Source: Macrostomum hystrix (taxonomy: Eukaryota > Animalia > Platyhelminthes). Taken from it: a stretch of DNA of 64,000 bases. The stretch lies in assembly GCA_950097015.1 (NCBI GenBank), contig CATNEN010000033.1, forward strand, positions 2,108,001 to 2,172,000. The letters are read 5' to 3'. Below, piece after piece: positions 32,832 through 46,853 of the stretch (position 1 is its first letter; each line of letters starts with the position of its first letter). The notes beneath the pieces were generated by a model. It was given only the letters and a program-made list of their open reading frames with translations. It searched no databases and was not told where the DNA came from. The position numbers were made by a program, and so were the translations under genes.

Positions 32832-35800
32832 ATGCAGCAACGGCAGCAGCGGCATCTTCGGCTGCTGATCAGCCTAACCCTCGTAGGAGCGCTGCTGACG
32901 CCTCCGGCCTCCAGTGCGTCAACTCCGGTGACCCACACCACCGCCATCAACGAGGAGCTGCCTCCGGGCTCCCCTGTGGCCGACCTTCTGGAAGCGATGC
33001 GCCGCGACGGCTATCTGTTGGCGCCCGACTCTCGCCCGGACTTCCGAGCCTTCACAGCCGACCCGCCCGGCTGCGATCGCTACTTCCGCGTGGACCCGAC
33101 CTCCGGTCACGTGACAGTCAAGCAGCGAATCGATCGCGACCGCCTCTGCCAGGAGGTCGCCGCGTGCTGCAGTTTCGCCGACCAAGCGGCTTCCAACTGC
33201 CAGCTGACCCTGCAGGTTCAGTCAGACCGCGAGTACAGCCACATCATCACTCTGACGGTCCGCATCGTCGACCTCAACGACAACGCTCCTCGTTGGAGCT
33301 CCGTGGAGGTGACGCGAGAATTCAGCGAGTCGGCCCAGCCTGGCGAGTACCGCAGCTTGCCGCTCGCTGAAGATGCCGACTCTCCCCGACTGTCTGTCCA
33401 GCGGTACGCCCTGCTACCGCCTGCGCCAGCCGAGTTCGCGCTTGAGTATCTTCCCGGAGCCGCGTCGACATCGTCATCGTCCGCGGCCGATCCGGCCTCG
33501 GCGCCATCGTTGCGGTTGATGCTGAAGTCGTCGCTCGACCGTGAAGCCAAAGACGCCTTCGAGTTCGGCCTGATCGCCTTCGACGGCGGCAGCCCGCCGA
33601 GGAACGGCACCGTCAGGCTGCGCGTCCTGGTGGCCGACGAGAATGACGAGGTGCCGACCTTCGACAGGCAGGTCTACACCGCCGAGGTGCGGGAGGACGC
33701 GCCGGTTGGACGGAAGGTTTGTGACTGGCACCTGCTGAGATGCCTGTTCTGTTGGAGTGAGATGCCTGTTCTGTTGGAGTGAGATGCCTGTTCTGTTGAA
33801 GTGAGATGCCTGTTCTGTTGAAGTGAGATGCCTGTTCTGTTGGAGTGAGATGCCTATTCTGTTGAAGTGAGATGCCTGTTCTGTTGAAGTGAGATGCCTG
33901 TTCTGTTGAAGTGAGATGCCTGTTCTGTTGAAGTGAGATGCCTGTTCTGTTGAAGTGAGATGCCTGTTCTGTTGAAGTGAGATGCCTGTTCTGTTGGAGT
34001 GAGATGCCTGTTCTGCTGGTATGAGATTCCATTATTATTGGGGGTGAGATTCCATTAGTATTGGGGTGAGATTGAATTAGTATTGGGGTGAGATTCCATT
34101 ATTATTGGGGGTGAGATTCCATTAGTATTGGGGTGAGATTCCATTATTATTGGGGGTGAGATTCCATTAGTATTGGGGTGAGATTGCATTAGTATTGGGG
34201 TGAGATTCCATTATTATTGGGGGTGAGATTCCATTAGTATTGGGGTGAGATTCCATTATTATTGGGGTGAGATTCCATTAGTATTGGGGGTGAGATTCCA
34301 TTAGTATTAGGGTGAGATTCCATTATTATTGGGGGTGAGATTCCATTATTATTGGGGTGAGATTCCATTATTATTGGGGGTGAGATTCCATTAGTATTGG
34401 GGTGAGATTGAATTAGTATTGGGGTGAGATTCCATTAGTATTAGGGTGAGATTCCATTAGTATTAGGGTGAGATTCCATTAGTATTGGGGTGAGATTCCA
34501 TTAGTATTGGGGTGAGATTCCATTAGTATTGAGGTGAGATTCCATTAGTATTGGGGTGAGATTGAATTAGTATTGGGGTAAGATTCCATTAGTATTAGGG
34601 TGAGATTCCATTAGTATTAGGGTGAGATTCCATTAGTATTGGGGTGAGATTCCATTATTATTGGGGGTGAGATTCCATTAGTATTGGGGTGAGATTGAAT
34701 TAGTATTGGGGTGAGATTCCATTAGGATTGGGGTGAGATTGAATTAGTATTGGGGTTAGATTCCATTATTATTGGGGGTGAGATTCCATTAGTATTGGGG
34801 TGAGATTCCATTATTATTGGGGGTGAGATTCCATTAGGATTGGGGTGAGATTGAATTATTATTGGGGGTGAGATTCCATTAGTATTAGGGTGAGATTCCA
34901 TTAGTATTGGGGTGAGATTCCATTAGTATTGGGGGTGAGATTCCATTAGTATTGGGGTGAGATTGAATTAGTATTGGGGTGAGATTCCATTATTATTGGG
35001 GGTGAGATTCCATTATGATTGGGGGTGAGATTCCATTAGTATTGGGGTGAGATTGAATTAGTATTGGGGTGAGATTCCATTAGTATTAGGGTGAGATTCC
35101 ATTAGTATTAGGGTGAGATTCCATTAGTATTGGGGTGAGATTCCATTAGTATTGGGGGTGAGATTCCATTAGTATTAGGGTGAGATTCCATTAGTATTAG
35201 GGTGAGATTCCATTAGTATTGGGGTGAGATTCCATTAGTTTTGGGGTGAGATTCCATTAGTTTTGGGGTGAGATTCCATTAGTATTGGGGTGAGATTCCA
35301 TTAGTATTGGGGTGAGATTCCATTAGTATTGGGGGTGAGATTCCATTAGTATTGGGGTGAGATTCCATTAGTATTGGGGTGAGATTCCATTAGTATTGGG
35401 GGTGAGATTCCATTAGTATTGGGGGTGAGATTCCATTAGTTTTGGGGTGAGATTCCATTCTATGGGTCTGGGTCCAGTGTTTTTGAGCAATATTATTGCT
35501 TAACTTTGAGGATGCCTAATCCCTCTATCTACTCAAAGACAGAAAGAAATGACAGCAACAAATAGCATTTCGCTGCAGTCAGTGTTTGTGTCTAAAAAAG
35601 CACACTCCCAGCAACAGCTCACTCAGAGGCATTGTGGCTCCCCAGTGAGGTTTCCGGTTGACGAGTTCGGCTTGCTCAGCCACCCCCTGATTAGCCCCGA
35701 CCATCTGCCCCTGGTTTTAGTTGCTTTATATTTCACCGTCTCTTATTTTTCGTGCAGAAAAAAAGCTCGGCGCTTCTTCAAGCGGCCGGCGCGGCGGAGG

Positions 35801-38678
35801 TGGGGTGGGAATCGCAGGGTCACGTGACGCACGCCTTTCAGCATTATTTCAGCGTTTCCGCTCGACAGAAGCCGAGAGCAGCTGTCTCCAAATCCTCGCT
35901 TTCCTTCTCAAAACTCTACACTTTGAGTTGCTAGCTGGCTGAGATGCTCAGGAATCTGATTTATCTCTACTCAATGTTTCCCCCTAGCGACTTGGATTTT
36001 ATAATATCTGTATAAAGTCACGCCATCTAAAGCGAAACTAAAGATTGTAAGCAACTAAGTTTATTCGTTCAGTTGATGAGCGAAACAGTAACTCGACCAG
36101 TGAAATGATTTGAGAAGATGATCTGGGAAGGCCAGGTCTGGACAGACTCTGAATCGGACTGTTTGTTCAAGTTAGCATCGGATTTCACTGCAAAGTCCTG
36201 GCCGTAATTAAACGGCTTCTCTATGCAAGTTTATTTCATAAACTCGTCTCAGCGAACTCTAGGGTGCAACCTTGTACAGATTATTGTAGGATAAGATATT
36301 AAAGTAGAAATGTCTAGAAAGAGAGAGTGATAGAGGGAGAGAAGAGAGAGAGGAGGGAGGAGAGAGGAAAGCCGAGAGGAGAGAGGAGAGGAGAGAGGAG
36401 AGGAGAGAGGAAAGCGGAGAGGAAAGGAGAGAGGAAAGCGGAGAGGAAAGGAGAGAGGAAAGCGGAGAGGAGAGGAGAGAGGAAAGCGGAGAGGAGAGGA
36501 GAGAGGAAAGAGGAGAGGAGAGGAGAGAGGAAAGCGGAGAGGAGAGAGGAAAGCGGAGAGGAGAGGAGAGAGGAAAGCGGAGAGGAGAGGAGAGAGGAAA
36601 GCGGAGAGGAAAGCGGAGAGGAGAGGAGAGAGGAAAGCGGAGAGGAGAGGAGAGAGGAAAGCGGAGAGGAGAGGAGAGAGGAAAGAGGAGAGGAGAGGAG
36701 AGAGGAAAGCGGAGAGGAGAGAGGAGAGGAGAGAGGAGAGGAGAGGAGAGAGGAGAGGAGAGGAGAGAGGAGAGAGGAGAGGAGATAGGAGAGGAGAGGA
36801 GAGAGGAGAGAGGAGAGGAGATAGGAGAGGAGAGGAGAGAGGAGAGAGGAGAGGAGAGAGAAGATGAGAGAGGAGAGAGGAGAGAAGAGAGGAGAGAAGA
36901 GAGGAGAGGAGAGAAGAGAGGAGAGGAGAGAAGAGAGGAGAGGAGAGAAGAGAGGAGAGGAGTGATTAGAGGAAAGAGGAGAGGAGAGAGGAGAGAGTAG
37001 AGAGGGGAAAGGAGGGAGAGGCGAGACAGGTCTGAAATGTCGAACCAGTTAATGCTGAGCAGTGAAATCTTGTTAATGGGGCAGTGGAAGTGACCTTACT
37101 TAGTCTAATCAAACGCAGGTGAAAATAACGTCGCAGAATATTCGGCTCCTCCCGGAAGCAAAGCCGGGGTGCTAAAAAACAAGAAGCAGCAATTGGAGAA
37201 GAAAAAGTCAGATGCTTTGGCGCCGCCCAATAAACTTGAAGAGCCCATAATTTGATCAAACTGGTGCGGCCTGTCGGTGGGTGGGAAAATCGCATATCGA
37301 AGCAAAGCCACCCTCCAGCTTCCACCGCCTGTTTGCTCTGCAGAATTTTTTGTTAATTTCAGCTGCAGTTTTTTTCTGCTTCGCATTTTCATTTCTAGCT
37401 GGCTAATCGTGTCTTTTTTTATACCCTTTGAAGCTTATGAGCGGCAGAGAAGTAAAATGAAATGCGGGCCTGGCTTCCGCTAAATAGGCATGCAAATGTG
37501 ACCAACTTTGTCTGACTTTTATACCGCAAAGTCATAAACTTATTCTGCGCCTCTCTGACAGAAAGGTGGTCCGCGTTTTTTGTACGAAATGCGCTTCGTT
37601 GTTTCTGTCGAAGGGGCGCATTGGCTTAGGAAATTACGCATTGAGCCACTGCATCTCTGCCTCAGCCTTTTGCCCGAACATTTGTGAGACTGAGAGTAAC
37701 TGCTAAGAGTGGGAGTGACTGTGAGAGTGACTGCTAAGAGTGGGAGTGACTGTGAGAGTGACTGATAAGAGTGGGAGTGACTGTGAGAGTGACTGCTAAG
37801 AGTGGGAGTGACTGTGAGAGTGACTGCTAAGAGTGGGAGTGACTGAGAGTGACTGCTAAGAGTGGGAGTGACTGTGAGAGTGACTGCTAAGAGTGGGAGT
37901 GACTGTGAGAGTGACTGCTAAGAGTGGGAGTGACTGTGAGAGTGACTGCTAAGAGTGGGAGTGACTGTGAGAGTGACTGCTAAGAGTGGGAGTGACTGTG
38001 AGAGTGACTGCTAAGAGTGGGAGTGACTGTGAGAGTGACTGCTAAGAGTGGGAGTGACTGTGAGAGTGACTGCTAAGAGTGGGAGTGACTGTGAGAGTGA
38101 CTGCTAAGAGTGGGAGTGACTGTGAGAGTGACTGCTAAGAGTGGGAGTGACTGTGAGAGTGACTGCTAAGAGTGGGAGTGACTGTGAGAGTGACTGCTAA
38201 GAGTGGGAGTGACTGTGAGAGTGACTGCTAAGAGTGGGAGTGACTGTGAGAGTGACTGCTAAGAGTGGGAGTGACTGTGAGAGTGACTGCTAAGAGTGGG
38301 AGTGACTGTGAGAGTGACTGCTAAGAGTGGGAGTGACTGTGAGAGTGACTGCTAAGAGTGGGAGTGACTGTGAGAGTGACTGCTAAGAGTGGGAGTGACT
38401 GTGAGAGTGACTGCTAAGAGTGGGAGTGACTGTGAGAGTGACTGCTAAGAGTGGGAGTGACTGTGAGAGTGACTGCTAAGAGTGGGAGTGACTGTGAGAG
38501 TGACTGCTAAGAGTGGGAGTGACTGTGAGAGTGAGGGTGAGAGTGAGGGTGAGAGTGAGGGTGAGAGTGAGGGTGACAGTAAGAGTGAGAGTGACTGAGA
38601 GAGTGAGAGTGAGAGTGACAGTAAGAGTGACTGTGAGAGTGACTACGGGAGTGAGAGTGAGAGAGATTGAGAGAGAGA

Positions 38679-38715
<37 letters not shown>

Positions 38716-41700
38716 GGAGTGAGAGTGAGAGTGAGAGTGAGAGGGAGAGTGAGAGGGAGAGTGAGAGGGAGAGTGAGAGGTAGTTTGAGTGTTAAACATA
38801 CGGGTGAGATTAGGCATCCGTTTTCAGAACATTCAATTCATTACCGAAAGTGCTTGCAAAATACAATATCGCAGTCTTGTTGTTGTAAGCCTTCTTAAAT
38901 ATGGCTGACTATTCTGGGAAACCCAGAATTCTATTTTTTATAATAAATTTATCCAGAAAAGTCTAGTCCAATAATTTTTTTATTCAGCTGTTGAGAAATC
39001 AGATCCAACGCATGCTGCTTACTGGGCGTGGGCTCACGCTGGCATGAATGGCATGAACTGGAGTGAGAGTTTAAGTGAGCCATTGTAGGAGTGACAGAGT
39101 TTTAGTGAGACATTGTAGGAGCGACAGAGTTTTAGTGAGACATTGTAGGAGCGACAGAGTTTTAGTGAGACATTGTAGGAGTGACAGAGTTTTTGTGAGA
39201 CATTGTAGGAGTGACAGAGTTTTAGTGAGCCCAGGCATTAGAGTGACAGAACGGAAGTGACAGAATGGGAGTGACAGAATGGGAGTGACAGAATGGGAGT
39301 GACAGAATGGGAGTGACAAAATAAGAGTGACAAAATAAGAGTGACAGAATAAGAGTGACAGAATGGGATTGAAAGAATTGGAATGACAGAATGAGAGCGA
39401 CAAAATGGGAGTGACAGAGTTTTAGTGAGCCCAGACATTAGAGTGACAGAACGGAAGAGACAAAATGGGAGTGACAGAATGGGAGTGACAGAATGGGAGT
39501 GACAGAATGGGAGTGACAAAACGGGAGTGACAGAATGGGATTGATTTTCCTGAGCTTTTAAGAAGCAGGTTTGCCGTGGGTCGTGGCTTGCACGTCAGTT
39601 TCCCACTCGGCTGGGTCAGAAAATGGTCGGGAAGTCGCCACCGCTTGACCCCATCGGTTTTCTCTCCCCCCTCACTCTTCCGTCATTGTGGAGATTTCGC
39701 CGCTGCAGCACCTGTCCGAGACCGAGTGTATCTGCCTTTTTTCAGGCAGAATTTAATTAGACCCACCATGGAAAGAGCTTGTATTTTTTCAGTACAGAAC
39801 ACGTCAGACTGCGTCTAAACTTTGACTACGAATATTTTTAGCTTGCTAACAAAATAGAATTCTAATGGGATCAATAGAGAAGCTTAGAATGCATTTCATT
39901 AATGCTGGGGTGTGGGGAATTCGGTGCTGGGTGTGGGGAATTCGGTGCTGGTGTGGGGAATTCAGATGCTAGGGTGTGGGGAATTCGGAGATGCGTGTGG
40001 GGAATTCGGAGATGCGTGTGGGGAATTTGGAGATGCGTGTGGGGAAGTCGGTGTTGGGTTTTGGGAAGTAGGTGCTGGGTGTGGGGAAGTCGGTGTTGGG
40101 TTTTGGGAAGTAGGTGCTGGGTGTGGGGAAGTCGGTGTTGGGTGTGGGGAAGTCGGTGCTGGGTTCAATGATGCAAACTCTCCTAATCTGTAACTCCAGG
40201 TGCTGCAGGTTCACGCCACCGACCGTGACTCAGGATTGAACGGTCGCGTCACCTACTCGATCTCAGCATTCGAGGCGGCACGGGTTCGCGCCCTGTTCAG
40301 CATTGACCCGGCCAGCGGCAGTGTGCAGGTGGCGGGCAGGTTGGACTTTGAGCACAGCAGGGAGCACAGGTTCACTGTGGTGGCTCAGGACCAGAATCCC
40401 ACAGCGCCGCGGCAGAGCACCGCCCGGGTGGTCGTCAGCTTGATCGACGTCAACGACGAGCCGCCGAGGATCGGCCTGAGTTCGCGCTCCGCGCCTTCTG
40501 CGGCTGCCGGCGGCGGCGACGCCTTCCGAGTGATTGAAAATGAGAAGCCCAGAACCGTTACCATAGTAACTGTTAGAGATGCGGACTCTGATGATAATGG
40601 CAAGGTTTGTTGACTGATTGACAGTCATTGATTGATAGCTTGACAGTCACTGATTGGTAGATTGATAGTCACTGATTGGTAGATTGATAGACACTGCTTG
40701 TAAGATTGAGTTCCTGATTGACAGATTGATAGCAAGCTGCAGACTGCCGCATTGCAGGTGAGCTGCAATCTCACGGGGCCGAACAAAGACCTGTTCAGTC
40801 TGGTCCGCCTGCAACTCAGAGAGGCGGACGCCACCCTCTACCGGCTGATGACGGCCCGACCGCTCGACCGAGAGACGGACGGCCCAGTCGGTCGGCCGCT
40901 GAGCCTCGTCATCGCCTGTTCGGACACCGGCCAACCGCCGAACCGCGCCCAGGAGGCCGTCAGCATCGAAATCGTCGATGTGAACGACAATCCGCCTTCG
41001 TTTCCAACCGGCGTGTTCTACTTCACGGTTAGCGAGGCCACACGCGAAGGCGAGGTGGCTTTCGCCGTAGCCGCCCAGGACCCGGACGTCGGCGACAACG
41101 GCAGGCTGGGCTACGCCATCAACTCCAGCCAAGCGGACAGCAGCGGAGGGGATCCGGTGACTGCGAGTTTCCGGATCGGGCCAGATGGCAAGGTGGTCCT
41201 GACCCGCCGTCTGGACCGCGAGGTCGCCGCCCGGCTGCACTTCAGCGTCGTTGCCTTCGACCATGGAGAACCGTCATTGTCCGCTACGGCCAGCGTGGTG
41301 CTGATCGTGGAAGACGACAACGACAACGCACCCCTGCTGGCTCCGTTCTTTGCCTTCCTGGTGTCCGAGAATGCCAGCATCGGTGAGTGCTGGCTTTGTT
41401 GCCGGCGGATTCTGGTCATGGGATTCAGGTCATGGGATTTTGGTCATGGGATTCTGGTCATGGGATTCTGGTCATGGGATTCTAGTCATGGGATTCTAGT
41501 CACGGGATTCTGGTCATGGGATTCTGGTCATGGGATTCTGCTCATGGGATTCTGGTCATGGGATTCTGGTCATGGGATTCTGGTCATGGGATTCTAGTCA
41601 TGGGATTCTGGTCATGGGATTCTAGTCACGGGATTCTAGTCATGGGATTCTAGTCACGGGATTCTAGTCACGGGATTCTAGTCATGGGATTCTAGTCACG

Positions 41701-43032
41701 GGATTCTAGTCACGGGATTCTAGTCATGGGATTCTAGTCACGGGATTCTAGTCACGGGATTCTAGTCACGGGATTCTAGTCATGGGATTCTAGTCATGGG
41801 ATTCTGGTCATGGGATTCTAGTCAGGGGATTCTAGTCACGGGATTCTAGTCATGGGATTCTGGTCATGGGATTCTAGTCATGGGATTCTAGTCACGGGAT
41901 TCTAGTCATGGGATTCTAGTCATGGGATTCTAGTCATGGGATTCTAGTCACGGGATTCTAGTCATGGGATTCTAGTCACGGGATTCTAGTCACGGGATTC
42001 TAGTCATGGGATTCTGGTCATGGGATTCTAGTCACGGGATTCTAGTCATGGGATTCTAGTCACTGGATTCTAGTCATGGGATTCTAGTCACGGGATTCTA
42101 GTCACGGGATTCTAGTCTCGGGATTCTAGTCACGGGATTCTAGTCACGGGATTCTAGTCACGGGATTCTAGTCACGGGATTCTAGTCACGGGATTCTAGT
42201 CATGGGATTCTAGTCACGGGATACTAGTCATGGGATTCTGGTCATGGGATTCTAGTCACGGGATTCTAGTCATGGGATTCTGGTCATGGGATTCTAGTCA
42301 CGGGATTCTAGTCATGGGATTCTGGTCATGGGATTCTAGTCACGGGATTCTAATCATGGGATTCTAGTCACTGGATTCTAGTCATGGGATTCTAGTCACG
42401 GGATTCTAGTCACGGGATTCTAGTCTCGGGATTCTAGTCACGGGATTCTAGTCACGGGATTCTAGTCACGGGATTCTAGTCACGGGATTCTAGTCACGGG
42501 ATTCTAGTCATGGGATTCTAGTCACGGGATACTAGTCATGGGATTCTAGTCATGGGATTCTGTTCCTGGGATTCTAGTCATGGGATTCTGGTCATTGGAT
42601 TCTAGTCACGGGATTCTAGTCATGGGATTCTAGTCATGGGATTCTGGTCATGTGATTCTGGTCATGGGATTCTAGTCACGGGACTCTAGTCATGGGATTC
42701 TGGTCATGTGATTCTAGTCATTGGATTCTTATCCTGGGGTTCTAGTCATGGGTAAATCTGGTCATTTGATTCTATTTAATTGTTTGATGCGAATTCATAG
42801 CACTGATTTTTTAATAGTCAAAGTGGCAAACAGAAGTGCTTATAGTTTTTTTCCTGATAGTTTTCTGGCCAGCAAGCGAGTTAATGTTATTGCCAGTAGA
42901 AACAGATTCCAGACGGCACAGCAGGGCAGTCTCCTCTCCTCTCCTCTCCTTTCCTCTCCGCCTTTTCCTTGATGCAGCCACTCAGGGCCTGATTGCATTT
43001 ACCCTCTCCTCTCAAAGAAGAGTGGACTAGCA

Positions 43033-43065
<33 letters not shown>

Positions 43066-46000
43066 TTCCCCATATGTTGCATGCAGATGTCACCGACTCA
43101 AACATAGAACAGGCGGGAGTCCAATTGCTGCTCAGGTCAGCCAAGGCCGTTAATTACCAGCGGAATCCCCGCTATAAATGCTGCAGACACAGCGGACACT
43201 GCAGCTTTACTTTTTTGCAAAGTACCCCCGACCCAGCGCTCATCTCCGTGCCTTCATTAGCGCGAGTGCTTTGGGTCCAATGAAGTCCAAAGAAGCTTTT
43301 CATGTTCCTCCATCAATTACACCCGCGCAGCGGCTTGCATTCTCGGCACTGCGCCTAGTCTTCTGTGGACAGCATAAAATGTAGAGAAGCTAAATCTGAT
43401 TTGTCACGGACTTTTGGAGTCCCTGAAAACATTTTGATTTGTTGGATTTTTATTTGCCCAAATTTAGATTACGTAATCCTTTACGGCTGCTGAAAGGTGA
43501 TCAAAATTGGTCATTTCTGAGCATTCTGAAAAAATAACTTTTATATTAGGAATATAAAAGCCCTTACATGCCCCTCCATTCATCGATACGATTTCTTCAC
43601 TGGAACAAATTTTCTTGGAAAACAGATTTCCAAGAAACTTTCCAGTCCCTATGCAACCTCCAGTTTCTATGAAACCTCCAGTCCCTATGAAACCTCCAGT
43701 CCCTATGAAACCTCCAGTTTATATGCAACCTTCAGTTTCTATGCAACCTCCAGATTCTATGCAACCTTCAGTTTCTATGCAACCTCCAGTCCCTATGCAA
43801 CCTCCAGTTTCTATGAAACCTCCAGTTTCTATGCAACCTCCAGTTTCTATGAAACCTCCAGTTTCTATCAAACCTCCAGTTTCTATGCAACCTCCAGTTT
43901 CTATGCAACCTCCAGTTTCTATGAAACCTCCAGTTTCTATGAAACCTCCAGTTTCTATCAAACCTCCAGTTTCTATGCAACCTCCAGTTTCTATGAAACC
44001 TCCAGTTTCTATGAAACCTCCAGTTTCTATGAAACCTCCAGTTTCTATGCAACCTCCAGTTTCTATGCAACCTCCAGTTTCTATGAAACCTCCAGTTTCT
44101 ATGCAACCTCCAGTTTCTATGAAACCTCCAGTTTCTATGAAACCTCCAGTTTCTATCAAACCTCCAGTTTCTATGAAACCTCCAGTTTCTATGAAACCTC
44201 CAGTTTCTATGCAACCTCCAGTTTCTATGCAACCTCCAATTTCTATGAAACCTCCAGTTTCTATGAAACCTCCAGTTTCTATGAAACCTCCAGTTTCTAT
44301 GAAACCTCCAGTTTCTATGAAACCTCCAGTTTCTATGAAACCTCCAGTTTCTATGAAACCTCCAGTTTCTATGAAACCTCCAGTTTCTATGCAACCTCCA
44401 GTTTCTATGAAACCTCCAGTTTCTATGAAACCTCCAGTTTCTATGCAACCTCCAGTTTCTATGCAACCTCCAATTTCTATGAAACCTCCAGTTTCTATGA
44501 AACCTCCAGTTTCTATGAAACCTCCAGTTTCTATGAAACCTCCAGTTTCTATGAAACCTCCAGTTTCTATGAAACCTCCAGTTTCTATGAAACCTCCAGT
44601 TTCTATGAAACCTCCAGTTTCTATCAAACCTCCAGTCTCTATGAAACCTCCAGTTTCTATGAAACCTCCAGTTTCTATGAAACCTCCAGTTTCTATCAAA
44701 CCTCCAGTTTCTATGAAACCTCCAGTCCCTATGAAACCTCCAGTCCCTATGAAACCTCCAGTCCCTATGAAACCTCCAGTTTATATGCAACCTTCAGTTT
44801 CTATGCAACCTCCAGATTCTATGCAACCTTCAGTTTCTATGCAACCTCCAGTCCCTATGCAACCTCCAGTTTCTATGAAACCTCCAGTTTCTATGCAACC
44901 TCCAGTTTCTATGAAACCTCCAGTTTCTATGCAACCTCCAGTTTATATGCAACCTCCAGTTTCTATGAAACCTCCAGTTTCTATGCAACCTCCAGTTTCT
45001 ATGCAACCTCCAGTTTCTATGAAACCTCTAGTTTCTATGAAACCTCCAGTTTCTATGAAACCTCCAGTTTCTATGAAACCTCCAGTTTCTATGAAACCTC
45101 CAGTTTCTATGAAACCTCCAGTTTCTATGAAACCTCCAGTTTCTATGAAACCTCCAGTTTCTATGAAACCTCCAGTTTCTATGAAACCTCCAGTTTCTAT
45201 GAAACCTCCAGTTTCTATGAAACCTCTATGAAATCTGTGAAATTCTATGAAAATTTATCGTTTCTAAGAAACCTTCCATTTCTAAGAAACATTTCTTATC
45301 TAAAAACCTACAGTTTCAAAATATCCTCAAGTCTTTTAATCCATAATTTATAAAATACTTCTATTTCCTAGAAAGCTGATACTTCTCAGAAACCTCCCCC
45401 CCCAAACCGGTTTCTGATTAATTCATTTATTTTCCTTTCTAAATTCCTGTTGTTTTACAGAAAATTTCCAGCACTCCTTTCAATCTTGTACTCTTGAAAA
45501 TTTGCTTTCGAGTTGAGCATTTTATCTTATTAAGCTCTCACGGGGACAACTATTTTCTAGATGCCTCTTAAGGCCAGGGATTTCTCCCGAATTTTCGCGC
45601 GCACCATTTTAATCCCCTTGCAGCTGCCGCTGATGGACTCAAAGCGAGTTAAATCTCAGTTTCTAAGAAAATTTGTCCTAATAATTCCAGCAGCGCCATC
45701 CGCTTGAACCCGACCCGCAGTCCCGCCAAATCCCACGGCCGAAAGGGTTTTGTTTCCTAGGCAAAGCAGGGCTCGATTTTAGTCAAATATTCTTATTGAA
45801 AAGCAGCAAGATTAAAGTTGTTGGCAAAGCTGGCTCACCCTGACACTTGATCTGCGGCAAATCAACTCAATGCTCAGATTTCCTGCCACACGCTTCAGGC
45901 CATCACATCGGCCAGCTGAATGCCACGGACCCTGACGAAGGTGACAACGCGCGCTTGGTGTTCCGCATGGCTCCAGCCGCCGCCTACGCCCCCAGCAACC

Positions 46001-46808
46001 CGTGCCACGTCAGCCCGGACGGCCTCATTGTCCTCATCTCGCCGCTGGATCGAGAGCTCGCCTCCCGCTACGAGTTTGTCGTCTTGGTCCAGGACTCGAG
46101 TCCCACAGCGCCACGAACCTCCACAGCCACCGTGGTTGTAGACGTGGAGGACGTCAACGACAACGCGCCCAGATTTCTATTCCCATCGCTTAGCAACCGA
46201 ACTCTAAGAATCTCTGCGTCAACCCCGGTGGCAGCCGTCGTGGCCAGAATCGTTGCCAGGGACGATGACAGCGGCGCCAACGGCCGGGTGGCCTACTTTG
46301 TGCGCCGCCCGCCCGCCGGCCCTTTCCACGTCGACGTGGAGACCGGCGACCTCACGCTAGTCCGGCCGCTGGGCGCTGACGATCTCGCTGCGGGCAGCCT
46401 CAACCTGACTCTGGTGGCCAGGGACTCCGGCAACCCGGCGCTGGAGGCTGAGCACATCCTGACTGTCACCTTCAGCAGTCGGACCGCCGACCGAATCGGC
46501 GGGGTTGGCGGCGCCGGAGGCGACGGTGGCCGCGGAGGCAGCGGCGGTCGCGCCGGCGGATCCGAAACCACGACCGACAGCCTCCTGGTGGTGGCGGGTT
46601 TGGTTGCTGTCACCGCCGCCTTCGTTCTGGTCCTCCTGCTGGGCATCATCCTGCTCACCTGCAGGCAGCGCTGCGCCTGTGAGTCCACCCTGCTCAACTC
46701 TGCCTGTCTGTCTGTCTGTCTGTCTGCCTGTCTGTCTGTCTGTCTGTCTGTCTGCCTGTCTGTCTGTCTGTCTGTCTGTCTGTCTGCCTGTCTGTCTGTC
46801 TGTCTGCC

Positions 46809-46853
<45 letters not shown>

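Noticed and set aside
32801-33731. Alternative-frame and antisense ORFs over GC-rich exons (also over ABCG, CNBD and DEG/ENaC exons)
   Set aside because: Expected shadow ORFs of high-GC coding sequence.
43615-45231. 538-aa Pro-rich ORF (PPVSMK)n and antisense ORFs
   Set aside because: Translations of an 18-bp intronic array that happens to lack stops.
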